Of a DNA stretch of 64,000 nucleotides, positions 1 through 9,117 are shown piece after piece (position 1 is the stretch's first letter; each line of letters opens with the position of its first letter). The stretch spans positions 1,920,001 to 1,984,000 of the forward strand of contig OZ245838.1 of assembly GCA_965228735.1 (NCBI GenBank), given 5' to 3'. Both the position numbers and the translations under genes were made by a program. The notes under the pieces are model-generated. The model saw nothing but the letters and a program-made list of their open reading frames with translations, made no database searches and was not told where the DNA came from. This DNA comes from Planctomycetota bacterium. GTDB lineage: Bacteria; Planctomycetota; UBA1135; UBA2386.

Positions 1-1187
1 AAGAGGTTGGGCAGGTCTGCGGCCTGCTCGCGTGCTTCGTCAGACAGCTCTAGTAGCGCGACTACGTCGTAGGCCCTGCCCCCGGCCGCCGTTGAGTTCG
101 TCGCCACCACGATGCCCCTCTTGGTGTCGGAGTTGACGACGGCAGAAACGAGAACCGCGCCGGCAAACTTGATTCGCTCGCCGCGAGGTTCGTCGCTGTA
201 CACGAAGACATACGCACAGTCGTTCGTGATCCACCTGAAGTACTGCACCGACCCGTCCTCCGCGTCGCGAGCAGCCCGGTGCATCAGCTTGCCCATTTCA
301 ATTCGACGGGACCGAGTCAGGTCAGACAGGAGAACAATTGCCGCGGCCACATCAGCTTTGGTTCCGGCTTCGTTCCACTCTTGCTCAGGGTCTCGCTCGT
401 GCATTCGAGCGATCACGTCGTCGACCAACAGCCCATACTGCCGATCCGGAGAGTCTCGCAACTCGCCAGAGAGGAGTGAGTGGGCGTGGCCCATCGTCTT
501 GCGCAGGATCTCGCCGTCGATATCGGGCCGGACGCGAACGAGCCAATCCGGGAGTTCGACCAACACCTGACTGACGAACGAGAACTCGTCATGCACGCGG
601 GCGACGACGCCGGACAACACTAGGTCCTGGCGCAACCCCAGATACCAGAGCAGGTCACCCGCGGTGTCCATCCGCGTTGCAAGCTCGATGAAGTCTCGCA
701 GCGACACCACGTGGACCGGGAACCCAACATCGGCCAGCTCCGGCTCCATCTCGCTCGCTACGAACGGTGTATCGTCCGGCATATCGATCACGATCAACCC
801 GAACCGAACGGGGTAGCAGTCCGGATCGAAAGGCATTGGGCCGAGAGTGTCGCTCACGACCTCGGGAACAAGGCGCTCGCGCAGCATGCGCTCGCCATAG
901 GTGACCTGCTTCAGTGCCTTCTTGAGGTTCTTCCGAGCCCAGCCCGTCCCTGCACGCTCGCCAGTCTGCGCCTTGCATTGCACGAAGAGCGCGGTGTCGT
1001 CGAAGAGCACGAGTCCATCTGCCAGCTCGCCCTTGCCCCCTTTTCCAGGCTGCTCGCGAAACACGAAGTCGCGAAAGAACGCTGCCTCCAGAAGCCAGTT
1101 CGTCAGCTTTTCTTCATACTTGCCGTCGGCACGCTCGGGCGGTGCCGACATGTTGAAGCGGCGCCACGGCTCCTCTTCGATGACCAT
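1..1187 (-). CDS. PD-(D/E)XK (NERD-like) nuclease-fold protein, partial (runs off the left edge; absent from the ORF track)
   Basis: Manual translation from ATG 1187 gives 395 stop-free codons to the edge (MVIEEEPWRRF...YEEKLTNWLL...GELADGLVLFDDTALFVQCKAQ...). The E...D-x(11)-QxK pattern fits the restriction-endonuclease-like fold. Confidence 0.6.
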   Translation of the reverse strand, partial: MVIEEEPWRRFNMSAPPERADGKYEEKLTNWLLEAAFFRDFVFREQPGKGGKGELADGLVLFDDTALFVQCKAQTGERAGTGWARKNLKKALKQVTYGERMLRERLVPEVVSDTLGPMPFDPDCYPVRFGLIVIDMPDDTPFVASEMEPELADVGFPVHVVSLRDFIELATRMDTAGDLLWYLGLRQDLVLSGVVARVHDEFSFVSQVLVELPDWLVRVRPDIDGEILRKTMGHAHSLLSGELRDSPDRQYGLLVDDVIARMHERDPEQEWNEAGTKADVAAAIVLLSDLTRSRRIEMGKLMHRAARDAEDGSVQYFRWITNDCAYVFVYSDEPRGERIKFAGAVLVSAVVNSDTKRGIVVATNSTAAGGRAYDVVALLELSDEAREQAADLPNL

Positions 1188-1268
1188 TGGCCCATCGTGA
1201 CCCTCTTGCCAACCAGTGTCGATACCGGGGGGCATTTCGGTAGCCGTGCGACCCAACGGTCTACGGCA

Positions 1269-1724
1269 TCATTCAAAGAGCAGGGGGCGCATCCGCGTGT
1301 AGAGACGCGTCAGCTCGTAGAGGCCGTCCCCGGATGCCCTTCTAAAGTCGGCGACGCCACCCTGGTCGTGGTCGGAATCGAACACGCTGTGCCAACCGGA
1401 TCGCTCGTCGACGATCACGGGTCCGGGCGCGTCTGAGAACTGGTCGGCCGTTATGTCGACGACCAAGTCGCCCCGCTGTAGCCACGAGTGGCACCACCAG
1501 TCTCCGCCGTAGGGCCTCTGACTGTTGACATACTCGAAACCGGAGATGCCGCTGTCCACGAGATACGCCCCAAGCAGCATCGTGGCATCGCCACACGCTC
1601 CGTGGGGGAAGTCGCGCATCTGAACCGGTAGCTGCGCGGGCGGCACCTCGGGAACCGTCTCGTCGAGCACGCGCCGCATCCGATGCGCGAGGTCCTCGAT
1701 CTGCTGTCGCTCAGGATCAGTCAC
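1269..1724 (-). CDS. Small papain/transglutaminase-like protein (putative Cys-His-Asp triad)
   Basis: GTG 1724 lies just past the upstream stop. Motifs: FPHGACGD, HSWL, VDITADQF. Confidence 0.65.
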   Translation of the reverse strand: MTDPERQQIEDLAHRMRRVLDETVPEVPPAQLPVQMRDFPHGACGDATMLLGAYLVDSGISGFEYVNSQRPYGGDWWCHSWLQRGDLVVDITADQFSDAPGPVIVDERSGWHSVFDSDHDQGGVADFRRASGDGLYELTRLYTRMRPLLFE

Positions 1725-1725
1725 T

Positions 1726-1938
1726 TCACGGCCTGCGCGGATCGTAGAGCCGGGCAGCCTGCTCGTCGGCCGCCTTGACCCCGTCGGCGCCGCACTTCCG
1801 CATCCACGCCTCGTAGGCGGAGACGGCGTCGTGCATGAGCGGGTTCTCCTCGTCGGGCACCCGGTCAACGCCGATGCGGCGGGTCAGCTCGTCGAACGCC
1901 TCGATGTGCTCGGGACCGGTGTCGTTGGTCATGCCCAA
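1726..1938 (-). CDS. Small hypothetical protein (70 aa)
   Basis: Protein-like composition; its stop lies 1 nt before the GTG of the next gene, as in an operon. Confidence 0.5.
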   Translation of the reverse strand: MGMTNDTGPEHIEAFDELTRRIGVDRVPDEENPLMHDAVSAYEAWMRKCGADGVKAADEQAARLYDPRRP

Positions 1939-1980
1939 GGATTGTCGCGACGGCGCGATCGATCGCCACTCGGGGCCGCG

Positions 1981-2020
1981 ATCTGGTCGGGGCGTCGATT
2001 TGGTCGACTATCTGGTCGGC
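1981..2020. repeat. Short direct repeats (ATCTGGTCGG x2, TTTGGTCGAC), candidate integrase arm-type sites
   Basis: Three TGGTCG-core repeats ~60-100 bp before the att-like tmRNA fragment. The role is inferred from position only. Confidence 0.35.
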
Positions 2021-2079
2021 TTTCGATCACCCGGTGTCGTAACGTCAAGCGCGCACGCGGCGTGCGGCAAGTCTGACCA

Positions 2080-2105
2080 GGGTTCGATTCCCGCCGCCTC
2101 CACCA
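2080..2105 (+). other. Duplicated tmRNA (ssrA) 3' end, att-site-like fragment
   Basis: GGGTTCGATTCCCGCCGCCTCCACCA is a T-arm plus acceptor 3' strand (CGCCTCC-ACCA, would pair GGGGGCG with G3-U70). The outer T-stem pairs and the 5' part of tmRNA are missing upstream. Confidence 0.8.
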
Positions 2106-2282
2106 TTCTTCAAAACGACCTGATTGGTCCGTTCCAGTCCGGCCGAGTTCGGAAGTTTCTTTTAAAGAAGCGCTTCCTTGCTCGGCCGGCTCACTTTCAG
2201 AGTCCGACGAATTCCGAGACGAACCGCTGGCGGTTGCAGACTCAGATATCCGTTCGAGTATCTGCGGTCGATCCGCCATCTG

Positions 2283-3645
2283 GGGAGTGTGCGATGAACG
2301 GTGTATTCGCGTGACGGCTGGTGGGATCCTTTGACCCGTAGGGAGCCCACCGATGACCCCGAAGAAGAATGACCGCCACCGAATCCCGGACGAGCTGATC
2401 GACCAGCTCCTCGCCAACTACGAGAAGCCAGAAGACCTGACAGGAAAGGACGGCATCCTCAAGGAGCTGACGGCCCGGCTGCTCGGCCGAGCCCTCGAAG
2501 GCGAGATGACCGAGCACCTCGGCTACGAGAAGCACGCACCGCGTGCCGAGGGCACGAGCAACGCGCGCAACGGATCACGCAGCAAGACGATCAAGGTCGA
2601 GGACGGCGAGCTCGAGATCGAGGTGCCGCGCGATCGCGACAGCACGTTCGAGCCCGAGATCGTCAAGAAGCGCCAGAGACGCTTCGCGGGCTTCGACGAG
2701 AAGATCCTGGCGCTCTACGCCCGCGGCATGACCGTCCGCGACATCCAGGCCACCTGGAGGAGCTGTACGGCGTCGAGGTCTCGCCATCGCTGATCTCGAG
2801 CGCCACGTCGGCGGTCCACGAAGGCGTCCTGGCCTGGCAGAGCCGGCCGCTCGAGCCGGTCTACCCGATCGTCTTCCTCGATGCGCTCGTCGTGAAGGTG
2901 CGCGACGAAAGCGTCGTCCGAAACAAGTCGGTTTACCTGGCGATCGGCGTCACGCTCGACGGCCGCCGCGAAGTCCTCGGGATCTGGATCGAGCAGACGG
3001 AGGGCGCGAAGTTCTGGCTGAAGGTCATGAACGAGCTGAAGACGCGCGGCGTCCAGGACATCCTGATTGCGTGCTGCGATGGCCTGAAGGGCTTCCCGGA
3101 CGCGATCGAGCACGTGTTCCCGCAGGCCACCGTGCAGACCTGCATCGTGCACATGATCCGGAACTCGCTGCGCTTCGTCAGCTACAAGGATCGCAAGGCC
3201 GTCGCCAAGGACCTCAAGCCGATCTACACGGCCGCCAACCGCGAAGCGGCCGAGGCAGCGCTGGATGCCTTCGACAAGAAGTGGGGCCGCCGCTACGAGA
3301 TGATCACCTCGTCCTGGCGAGCGAACTGGGAGCGTGTCGTGCCGTTCCTCGACTTCCCGCCCGAGGTCCGGCGCGTGATCTACACGACCAACCAGATCGA
3401 GGCGCTCAACTCGAGCCTGCGCAAGCTGCTGCAGTACCGCGGCCACTTCCCGGACGACAAGTCCGTCACCAAGCTGCTCTACCTCGCGCTGCGTCGCTTC
3501 GAGAAGAAGTGGACGCGTGCGCTCTGGAATTGGAGCGCCGTCCTCGGGCAGCTCGCTATCTTCTTTCAAGGCAGGATACCTGCCCTGTAACCGTGACCTC
3601 ACTCCGCCAGCTGGTCGCCGTTTACACCGTTAGCTGCACACTCCC
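2283..3645 (+). mobile_element. IS256-family insertion sequence
   Basis: TIRs: left GGGAGTGTGC-gatg-AACGGTGTA, right (reverse complement) GGGAGTGTGC-agct-AACGGTGTA. The 8-bp direct repeat GCCATCTG is at 2275-2282 and 3646-3653. Confidence 0.95.
2353..3590 (+). pseudogene. IS256 transposase with a 1-nt frameshift near 2750
   Basis: N-part: RNG...IEVPRDR..FEP...LYARGMTVRDIQ. C-part: YPIVFLDA, CDGLKG, QTCIVH, YTTNQIE. Adding one C (GCC[C]AC) restores DIQAHLEELYGVEVSPSLIS. Confidence 0.9.
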
Positions 3646-3675
3646 GCCATCTGCGTCGGAGTCGCGGAGTCCGAC

Positions 3676-3903
3676 TCAACGTCCACCTTTCCAGTCCTCG
3701 AATCCCGCCCTGGCACGTTCCGCAAAACGCCGAAGATCACGGAGCGCACGACTCCCACCCAGCTCCGCCAAGGCGCACTCGACGGCGGCAGCCAGGGAAC
3801 TGTGGTGCTCCATGCGTGCCTGGAGCTGCGACAACAGCCCTAAAGCCTGCACCTGATCACCGGCTCTAATGGCTAGTTCAAGATCTTCAAGAAGCTGCTC
3901 CAC
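3676..3903 (-). CDS. Possible small helical hypothetical protein
   Basis: GTG-started 75-aa amphipathic helical segment (VEQLLEDLELAIRAGD...) divergent from 3986. Confidence 0.3.
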   Translation of the reverse strand: MEQLLEDLELAIRAGDQVQALGLLSQLQARMEHHSSLAAAVECALAELGGSRALRDLRRFAERARAGFEDWKGGR

Positions 3904-3985
3904 TGCTCGCCTCCGGCTCGTGTAGCCTTCCCATTGGGAGAGTAGAAGGAAGCGTGGCGAACAGCCAGCTAAAGGAGCAGACGAA

Positions 3986-4681
3986 ATGTCGAAGAAGGAA
4001 GGCAATCTAGTCCTGCGATTCCCCGCCGTCGATTCAGCGGACCCGGACGCCAAGGACATCGCAGAGTTCATAATGCTCTTCCGTGGCGCATACGTCGCCG
4101 CCAAGAAGCTGCGCAGCAGGCCCCGGCACCCCTCCCCCGACAAACTGCGATCGGTCATCGAGAACCTGAGCGCCGAGGAGATCGAAGCACTATTCGACGA
4201 GGGGCCAAGACCCGGTGCGCTCCGCATCCGCCGCGTCTCGCACGAGAGCCCGATCGAGATCGAGCTGATCGGGCTTCTCACGCAACTCGTGTGGGCCGTC
4301 ATCTTGCTCGGCGGGACCGTCACGGTCGGAGTAGCCAAGGTCGAGCTGCCGAGGGGCATCCTGGAGACGATCGCAACGCTGACACGGCTGTTCGCTCAAC
4401 GTGCCAAGACCCAGGTCGCCTACGGTCCCCGCGACCGCACGGTCAAGCTCACGAAGGAGCAACTCGCGGAACTCATGAAGCACGATCCTTCGAAGAGAAC
4501 GCGAGGTGGGTTCCAGCGATTCCTGATCAGCCTCCAGTTCCGGGTAGACCGCCGCACACGTGAGTTGACGCTGTCCCCTGCGGACATAGACATCATCCTG
4601 CAGTACGGCTCGCAGCCCAGTAGTGGCGGTTGGCAACGCAGCATCCGCCGGATCTTCGACACGCACTTCGACTGGAACTAA
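3986..4681 (+). CDS. Hypothetical protein with central hydrophobic segment and C-terminal GGFQ...GGWQ domain
   Basis: AAGGAG RBS. Hydrophobic stretch LIGLLTQLVWAVILLGGTVTVGV. C-terminal ...DPSKRTRGGFQRFLISLQ...ELTLS..DI..ILQYG...GGWQRSIRRIF. Confidence 0.8.
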   Translation: MSKKEGNLVLRFPAVDSADPDAKDIAEFIMLFRGAYVAAKKLRSRPRHPSPDKLRSVIENLSAEEIEALFDEGPRPGALRIRRVSHESPIEIELIGLLTQLVWAVILLGGTVTVGVAKVELPRGILETIATLTRLFAQRAKTQVAYGPRDRTVKLTKEQLAELMKHDPSKRTRGGFQRFLISLQFRVDRRTRELTLSPADIDIILQYGSQPSSGGWQRSIRRIFDTHFDWN

Positions 4682-4765
4682 CCCCTGCATGACCACGATC
4701 GCGGCAACCCCGGAGGCCGCCAGAACGGGAGTGCATGTCCAAGCTCGTGCGGTAAGGTCAAGGTC

Positions 4766-5752
4766 ATGCAGAGGGCTAGCGGCGCAAGCGACCTGATCCA
4801 AGTCCTACGCGGAGACTGCCGCGAATGGATGCGGGCGCAGCGTGCCGGCTCGATCCGCTGCATAATCACGTCGCCGCCCTACAACCTCGGTATCGACTAC
4901 GGGTCTTACGAGGACAGTCAGCCGCGCCGGGACTACCTGAAGTGGCTCGATCAGATCTTCGGCGACATCGCGAGGGTGATGCACCGCGAGGGGCACTTCT
5001 TCCTCAACCTCGGCTACAGCAACACCGACCCCTGGGTCGACTTCGAGGTCGCAGCCGTCGCCCGCAAGCACTTCGTGCTGCAGAACCGGATCACCTGGGT
5101 AAAGAGCATCTCGATCGGCGACGAGACCTACGGGCACTTTAAGCCGATCAACTCCCCGCGCTTCGCCAACGTGACCAATGAATTGATCTTCCACTTCACG
5201 AAGTCGGGGAACGTCCCGGTCAACCGCCGAGCCATCGGGGTCCCTTACAAGTGGAAGTGCAACCTCGACAAGCGAGGTCGGATTCGTGGACGCCTCGCCA
5301 AGGCCCACGGGTTTCGGAACTGGCGAGAGTTCGACGCAAGCGCTTCCGACGCGCAGCGTAAGGAACTTCAAGACGAACTCGAAGCCCGCGTCCAGCGGGT
5401 CGGCGACATCGAAGACAAGCGATGCCGGGGCAACACCTGGTTCGTCCCCTACGACACGATCCGTGACCGCGAGTTGGACAGGGGCTCACATCCGGCCACC
5501 TTCCCAGTCGCCCTCCCCGAGATGTGCATCCGCTTCGCCGACTGCAAGAAGGGCACACTCGTCTACGACCCGTTCGCAGGAAGCGGAACGACACTCATCG
5601 CAGCACGGGATCTGGGCATGAGAGGAGTCGGAACCGACATCGATGAGCGCTACGTGTCCTACGCTCTCGACCGCCTCAAGCAGACCCAACAGGACAGGAT
5701 CCGCAGCCGAGGCGCCCACACGAACGGGGCGCATCAGCTCTCCGGCGAGTAG
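4766..5752 (+). CDS. Beta-class N4-cytosine/N6-adenine DNA methyltransferase (no cognate endonuclease recognised)
   Basis: GDC, TSPPYN (motif IV) before HPATFP and DPFAGSGTT (motif I), i.e. beta-class order. Confidence 0.92.
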   Translation: MQRASGASDLIQVLRGDCREWMRAQRAGSIRCIITSPPYNLGIDYGSYEDSQPRRDYLKWLDQIFGDIARVMHREGHFFLNLGYSNTDPWVDFEVAAVARKHFVLQNRITWVKSISIGDETYGHFKPINSPRFANVTNELIFHFTKSGNVPVNRRAIGVPYKWKCNLDKRGRIRGRLAKAHGFRNWREFDASASDAQRKELQDELEARVQRVGDIEDKRCRGNTWFVPYDTIRDRELDRGSHPATFPVALPEMCIRFADCKKGTLVYDPFAGSGTTLIAARDLGMRGVGTDIDERYVSYALDRLKQTQQDRIRSRGAHTNGAHQLSGE

Positions 5753-5904
5753 CCCGATCGCTTGGCGGCGTCGCGGGGAGGCTACGTGCCGCTGGCAACT
5801 AACCCCGAGTGCGTCTGCTTTGGGGTTCCATTGAGCGTGGGCCTCTCGATGACAAGAGTTCGGTCCCATCCGCACCCACGGCGAGACCGCTTCGCCCGAC
5901 CCCG

Positions 5905-8178
5905 TCACTTCACGACCGGCACCGACAGACGACGTGTGCTCTCGAACTGCGAGCCGTTGAGGATCCAATCCTGGAAGTGCAGGGTCGTCGGCGGGAGCCA
6001 CTCGGGCAGCGGAAACCGCCACACCACGTCGTCGCCGACCCGGAAGCCCATGTTGCCCAGGTAGGCCGGACCCGTGTCGATCAGCAGCCGACATCCCGTG
6101 AGCACGCCCGGGTTCACGACCGGCAGGTCCGCCGCGGCGAGCGAAACCGCCAGGAAGTGGCCGGCGCTCGCCGGGAGCTGCACGCGCACGCCGCTGAACT
6201 CCGCGCCGATCTGCTGGTTGCCGGCCCAGGTTATCGGAGCCGGGTTGCACCCGGCCCCGCCGTTGCTCCAGGGCGCGGGCGTCGCGTACTCGAGCGTGTG
6301 GCCGTACTGACGGGTGAACGACCCCGACCGAACGCCGTAGAAGAACAGCGTCTCGCTGTCGTCCCGCTTGAACGTGCACGCCGGCGGCGTCGTCGACTGA
6401 CCGGCCACGCCGTTCAACGTGAATGGGCCTTCGGTCGGCGCGCCGTTGAATCCGACGCGCACACCATAGGCGCCGTTGACCGGCGCGAGACTCGTTCGAT
6501 AGGCCGCGACGAAGTGCGACTGATCCCACTCGTCGATCGACATCGCGGAGGGTTCGAAGATGCGATTCGTGGCGCTCGCGATCGTGACCGTCGGATAGTC
6601 GGGTGACGGCGCAGTGGTGTCGAATCGCTCGATGCGGAGCTCCTTGCCGAGCGCCCCGCTGGTGCTCGGCGTGCTCGCGACGTCGACCGTCGAGAACGCG
6701 ACGGCGAAGCGACCCCACACGCCGGCGATGACGGGCGCGAGCTGATGGTGGGAGTTCGCGATCGCGATGTCGGGACTCCACGCCCCGAGGACGTTGCCGT
6801 TGATGTCGTACAGCTCCGCGACGACGACCCAGGCGTCACCGGGCACGCCGGACCTCCGCAACTGGAACGCGCAGGCCCAGCGGTTGTCGCCGCCACTGAC
6901 CTGGTTCACCGCCGGGCGTTCGCAGTCCAGGTTGCCGAAATCATGGATCTCGAACGTCGGCGAGAACGCGACCGTGCCGGACGTCGACAAGGTCGCGCCG
7001 CGGATCGCGCTGTCGGGCACGTTCGCCAGGTGGCCAGCGGAGTTCGAGTTGTCCTCCCGCTGGAAGACGACGAAGGCTCTCGGGTCCCACCCAGCACCGA
7101 CGTCCGGTCGCCAGTCGTTGTACCCCGATGGCGGGATCAACGTGACGACGGCCGGCGAGAAGGTCGTCGATCCGGCGGGATGCACGTGGGCCTGGATGAA
7201 GCTGCGGCGGATCGGATTGTTCATGAAGTAGCGCCGATACACGAGCGCCCAGCGTTGGCTGGTATGAACGAACGCGCAGCTGATCGCGTCGGTGTCCCAC
7301 GACGAGCTCAGGTCGCTGAAGACGATCGATCCGTTCGTGAAGTCATCGTCGAAAACCGCGCCGTAGACATCGTCGTCGAACTGCGAAGCCGCTCGCGTAT
7401 ACACGGTCATCACGTTCGAGCTCAGCGATCCGAGCTCGTGGCCAATGTCGTTCTGGCCGCCCTGCAGCGTGGACGAGAACAGCCAGACGCGACTCAGCAG
7501 CGGATCGACGGTCACGGGCAGCTGCGCCTCCGCGAGCCAGCTTCCCGGCACGGTCAGGGTGATCTCGCCGCCGCGATACCCGGTCGTGACGAGCACGTGC
7601 CGGCCGCTCGCATCGAAAGCGAACGCCTCGCCATAGCCGACGACCGGTCGCCCCGCGGCGTCCGAGAACGTCAATGACCGATGCGCCGCGGTGACGTCGT
7701 CGCTGACGAGCGCGCTCGTGACCGCCCCTCGCACGACGAGGTCACCCGCGGCGGGCCGCTCGCTGACGACGAACGACTGCTCGAGCCCGCCCACCATCAC
7801 GTCGTAGGCCTCGGTGACGTTGCCGAACCGGTACTCGAAGCGGAAGTCGTCGTGCCACTGCCGTGGCGGTCCGGAGCCCTCGAGGAGTTCGACCCCGCCG
7901 ACCGCGACGGACAGGGTCCGCCACGACCACGGCTGGTTGTGCGGGTAGTCGGCGCCGAGGTACGGCACGAACGTCATGCCGTCGTGGAACGATGCCTTGA
8001 AGGTATTGCCCGCGCCCCAGGTGCCGTATGCGACCCCTTCGGCGCCTGCCCCCGTGTGGATCGGAGTGCGGAGCGGCGCCACGGGGCGGCCGGTTCGCGC
8101 CCGGTCGGGTGCCGTCTGGGCATCAGCGATTCCTGCGAGCGCGAGGCACGCCAGGACTTGGAATGCGAGGTGATGCAT
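5905..8178 (-). CDS. Large secreted protein with shared two-Cys C-terminal domain
   Basis: Signal peptide (..GIADA/QT), beta-rich body, C-terminal GAGC...LTGC...LP...FQDW. Confidence 0.8.
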   Translation of the reverse strand: MHHLAFQVLACLALAGIADAQTAPDRARTGRPVAPLRTPIHTGAGAEGVAYGTWGAGNTFKASFHDGMTFVPYLGADYPHNQPWSWRTLSVAVGGVELLEGSGPPRQWHDDFRFEYRFGNVTEAYDVMVGGLEQSFVVSERPAAGDLVVRGAVTSALVSDDVTAAHRSLTFSDAAGRPVVGYGEAFAFDASGRHVLVTTGYRGGEITLTVPGSWLAEAQLPVTVDPLLSRVWLFSSTLQGGQNDIGHELGSLSSNVMTVYTRAASQFDDDVYGAVFDDDFTNGSIVFSDLSSSWDTDAISCAFVHTSQRWALVYRRYFMNNPIRRSFIQAHVHPAGSTTFSPAVVTLIPPSGYNDWRPDVGAGWDPRAFVVFQREDNSNSAGHLANVPDSAIRGATLSTSGTVAFSPTFEIHDFGNLDCERPAVNQVSGGDNRWACAFQLRRSGVPGDAWVVVAELYDINGNVLGAWSPDIAIANSHHQLAPVIAGVWGRFAVAFSTVDVASTPSTSGALGKELRIERFDTTAPSPDYPTVTIASATNRIFEPSAMSIDEWDQSHFVAAYRTSLAPVNGAYGVRVGFNGAPTEGPFTLNGVAGQSTTPPACTFKRDDSETLFFYGVRSGSFTRQYGHTLEYATPAPWSNGGAGCNPAPITWAGNQQIGAEFSGVRVQLPASAGHFLAVSLAAADLPVVNPGVLTGCRLLIDTGPAYLGNMGFRVGDDVVWRFPLPEWLPPTTLHFQDWILNGSQFESTRRLSVPVVK

Positions 8179-8642
8179 CCTGCCCTAGGGCGGGACTCGC
8201 GCCGATCTGACCGCCCGCGCCCTGATTTTTCGGGCTCTCCTGAGCTGAATGGGCGTGCGACGCAGCCAGGCAAGCGACTCCCGCGCGCAGGAGTGCTTCA
8301 TCGTCGCGGGGTTGGCGACGCCCGCCGAGCCCAGGCCACGCCCCCATCGCTTTCCACGCAGTCACGGCTTGCCGCTGCGAGGGACACGCTTGTGACGGTT
8401 GCCGCATTGGCCGCGGGCCGCACCCGGACCTTGCTCCCGGTAAGATGGCCTCGCCGGGCAACCGGTGATCCTCAAGCATGGATGTGCGGCACCGTCGATC
8501 TCGCGATCGGCGGTGCCGTTTTCACCGGGACCCGGCCGAGACGTGAGTAGGACGTTCGGGGCCTAGATGAGGATCCCTTGAATCCATGCTTTCTGACCGG
8601 CCGGGAAGATCGCATTGGGTGCCCCCGGTCGCTCGGCGAGGC

Positions 8643-9011
8643 TCAGAGGAACCACCGCAGCAACCGCGCGATCGCGTGAAGGGCGTGACCGACGCCCGAA
8701 TCACCTCGAACCAGATACGCAGCAGCTGCGCAGAAGAGGAGGAAGACGAGCACGCGAATCACGTTCTTCGTCGGCGAGTCGCTGTCTTCGGCGGCCTCGG
8801 GTTCGGGCACCGGCATCGCGAAAGGTCGTGGCTGCGGCGTGAATCCGAGCCCGACGACTCCGACCAGAACCAGCAAGACCACCCCGAGGGTGACGAAGCC
8901 GATCCCAGCACCGCACACCAGCGCCAGAACGACGGCCAGGATCAACGCGACGACCACGAGGACGACGAGCGTCCGGCGAGTCGCCTGAGCCTCGGTGCGC
9001 TCCTTCGACAC
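8643..9011 (-). CDS. Small multi-pass membrane protein
   Basis: Three strongly hydrophobic segments; GTG 9011 chosen as start. Confidence 0.6.
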   Translation of the reverse strand: MSKERTEAQATRRTLVVLVVVALILAVVLALVCGAGIGFVTLGVVLLVLVGVVGLGFTPQPRPFAMPVPEPEAAEDSDSPTKNVIRVLVFLLFCAAAAYLVRGDSGVGHALHAIARLLRWFL

Positions 9012-9117
9012 GCGCAGCAGTGTCGGCGCTTCCTCGTGAACGGAACAGCCCCAACGGCCCCGAATCGGCGCGTCGCAGCCCACCCGAGGGCTAGCCTGCA
9101 GCACCCCGACCACCGCC

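Noticed and set aside
2030..2105. Complete tRNA or tmRNA gene ending in CCA at 2105
   Set aside because: No 5' acceptor strand (GGGGGCG) at tRNA or tmRNA distance upstream, and the T-stem is only partly paired. Treated as an att fragment.
3900..5900. Integron cassette array
   Set aside because: No integron integrase, the single attC-like hairpin lacks GTTRRRY, and no further convincing attC sites were found. Kept only as an alternative hypothesis.
8180..8640. Structured RNA or gene in the ~460-nt gap
   Set aside because: No recognisable RNA motif or convincing ORF by eye; a covariance search would be needed.
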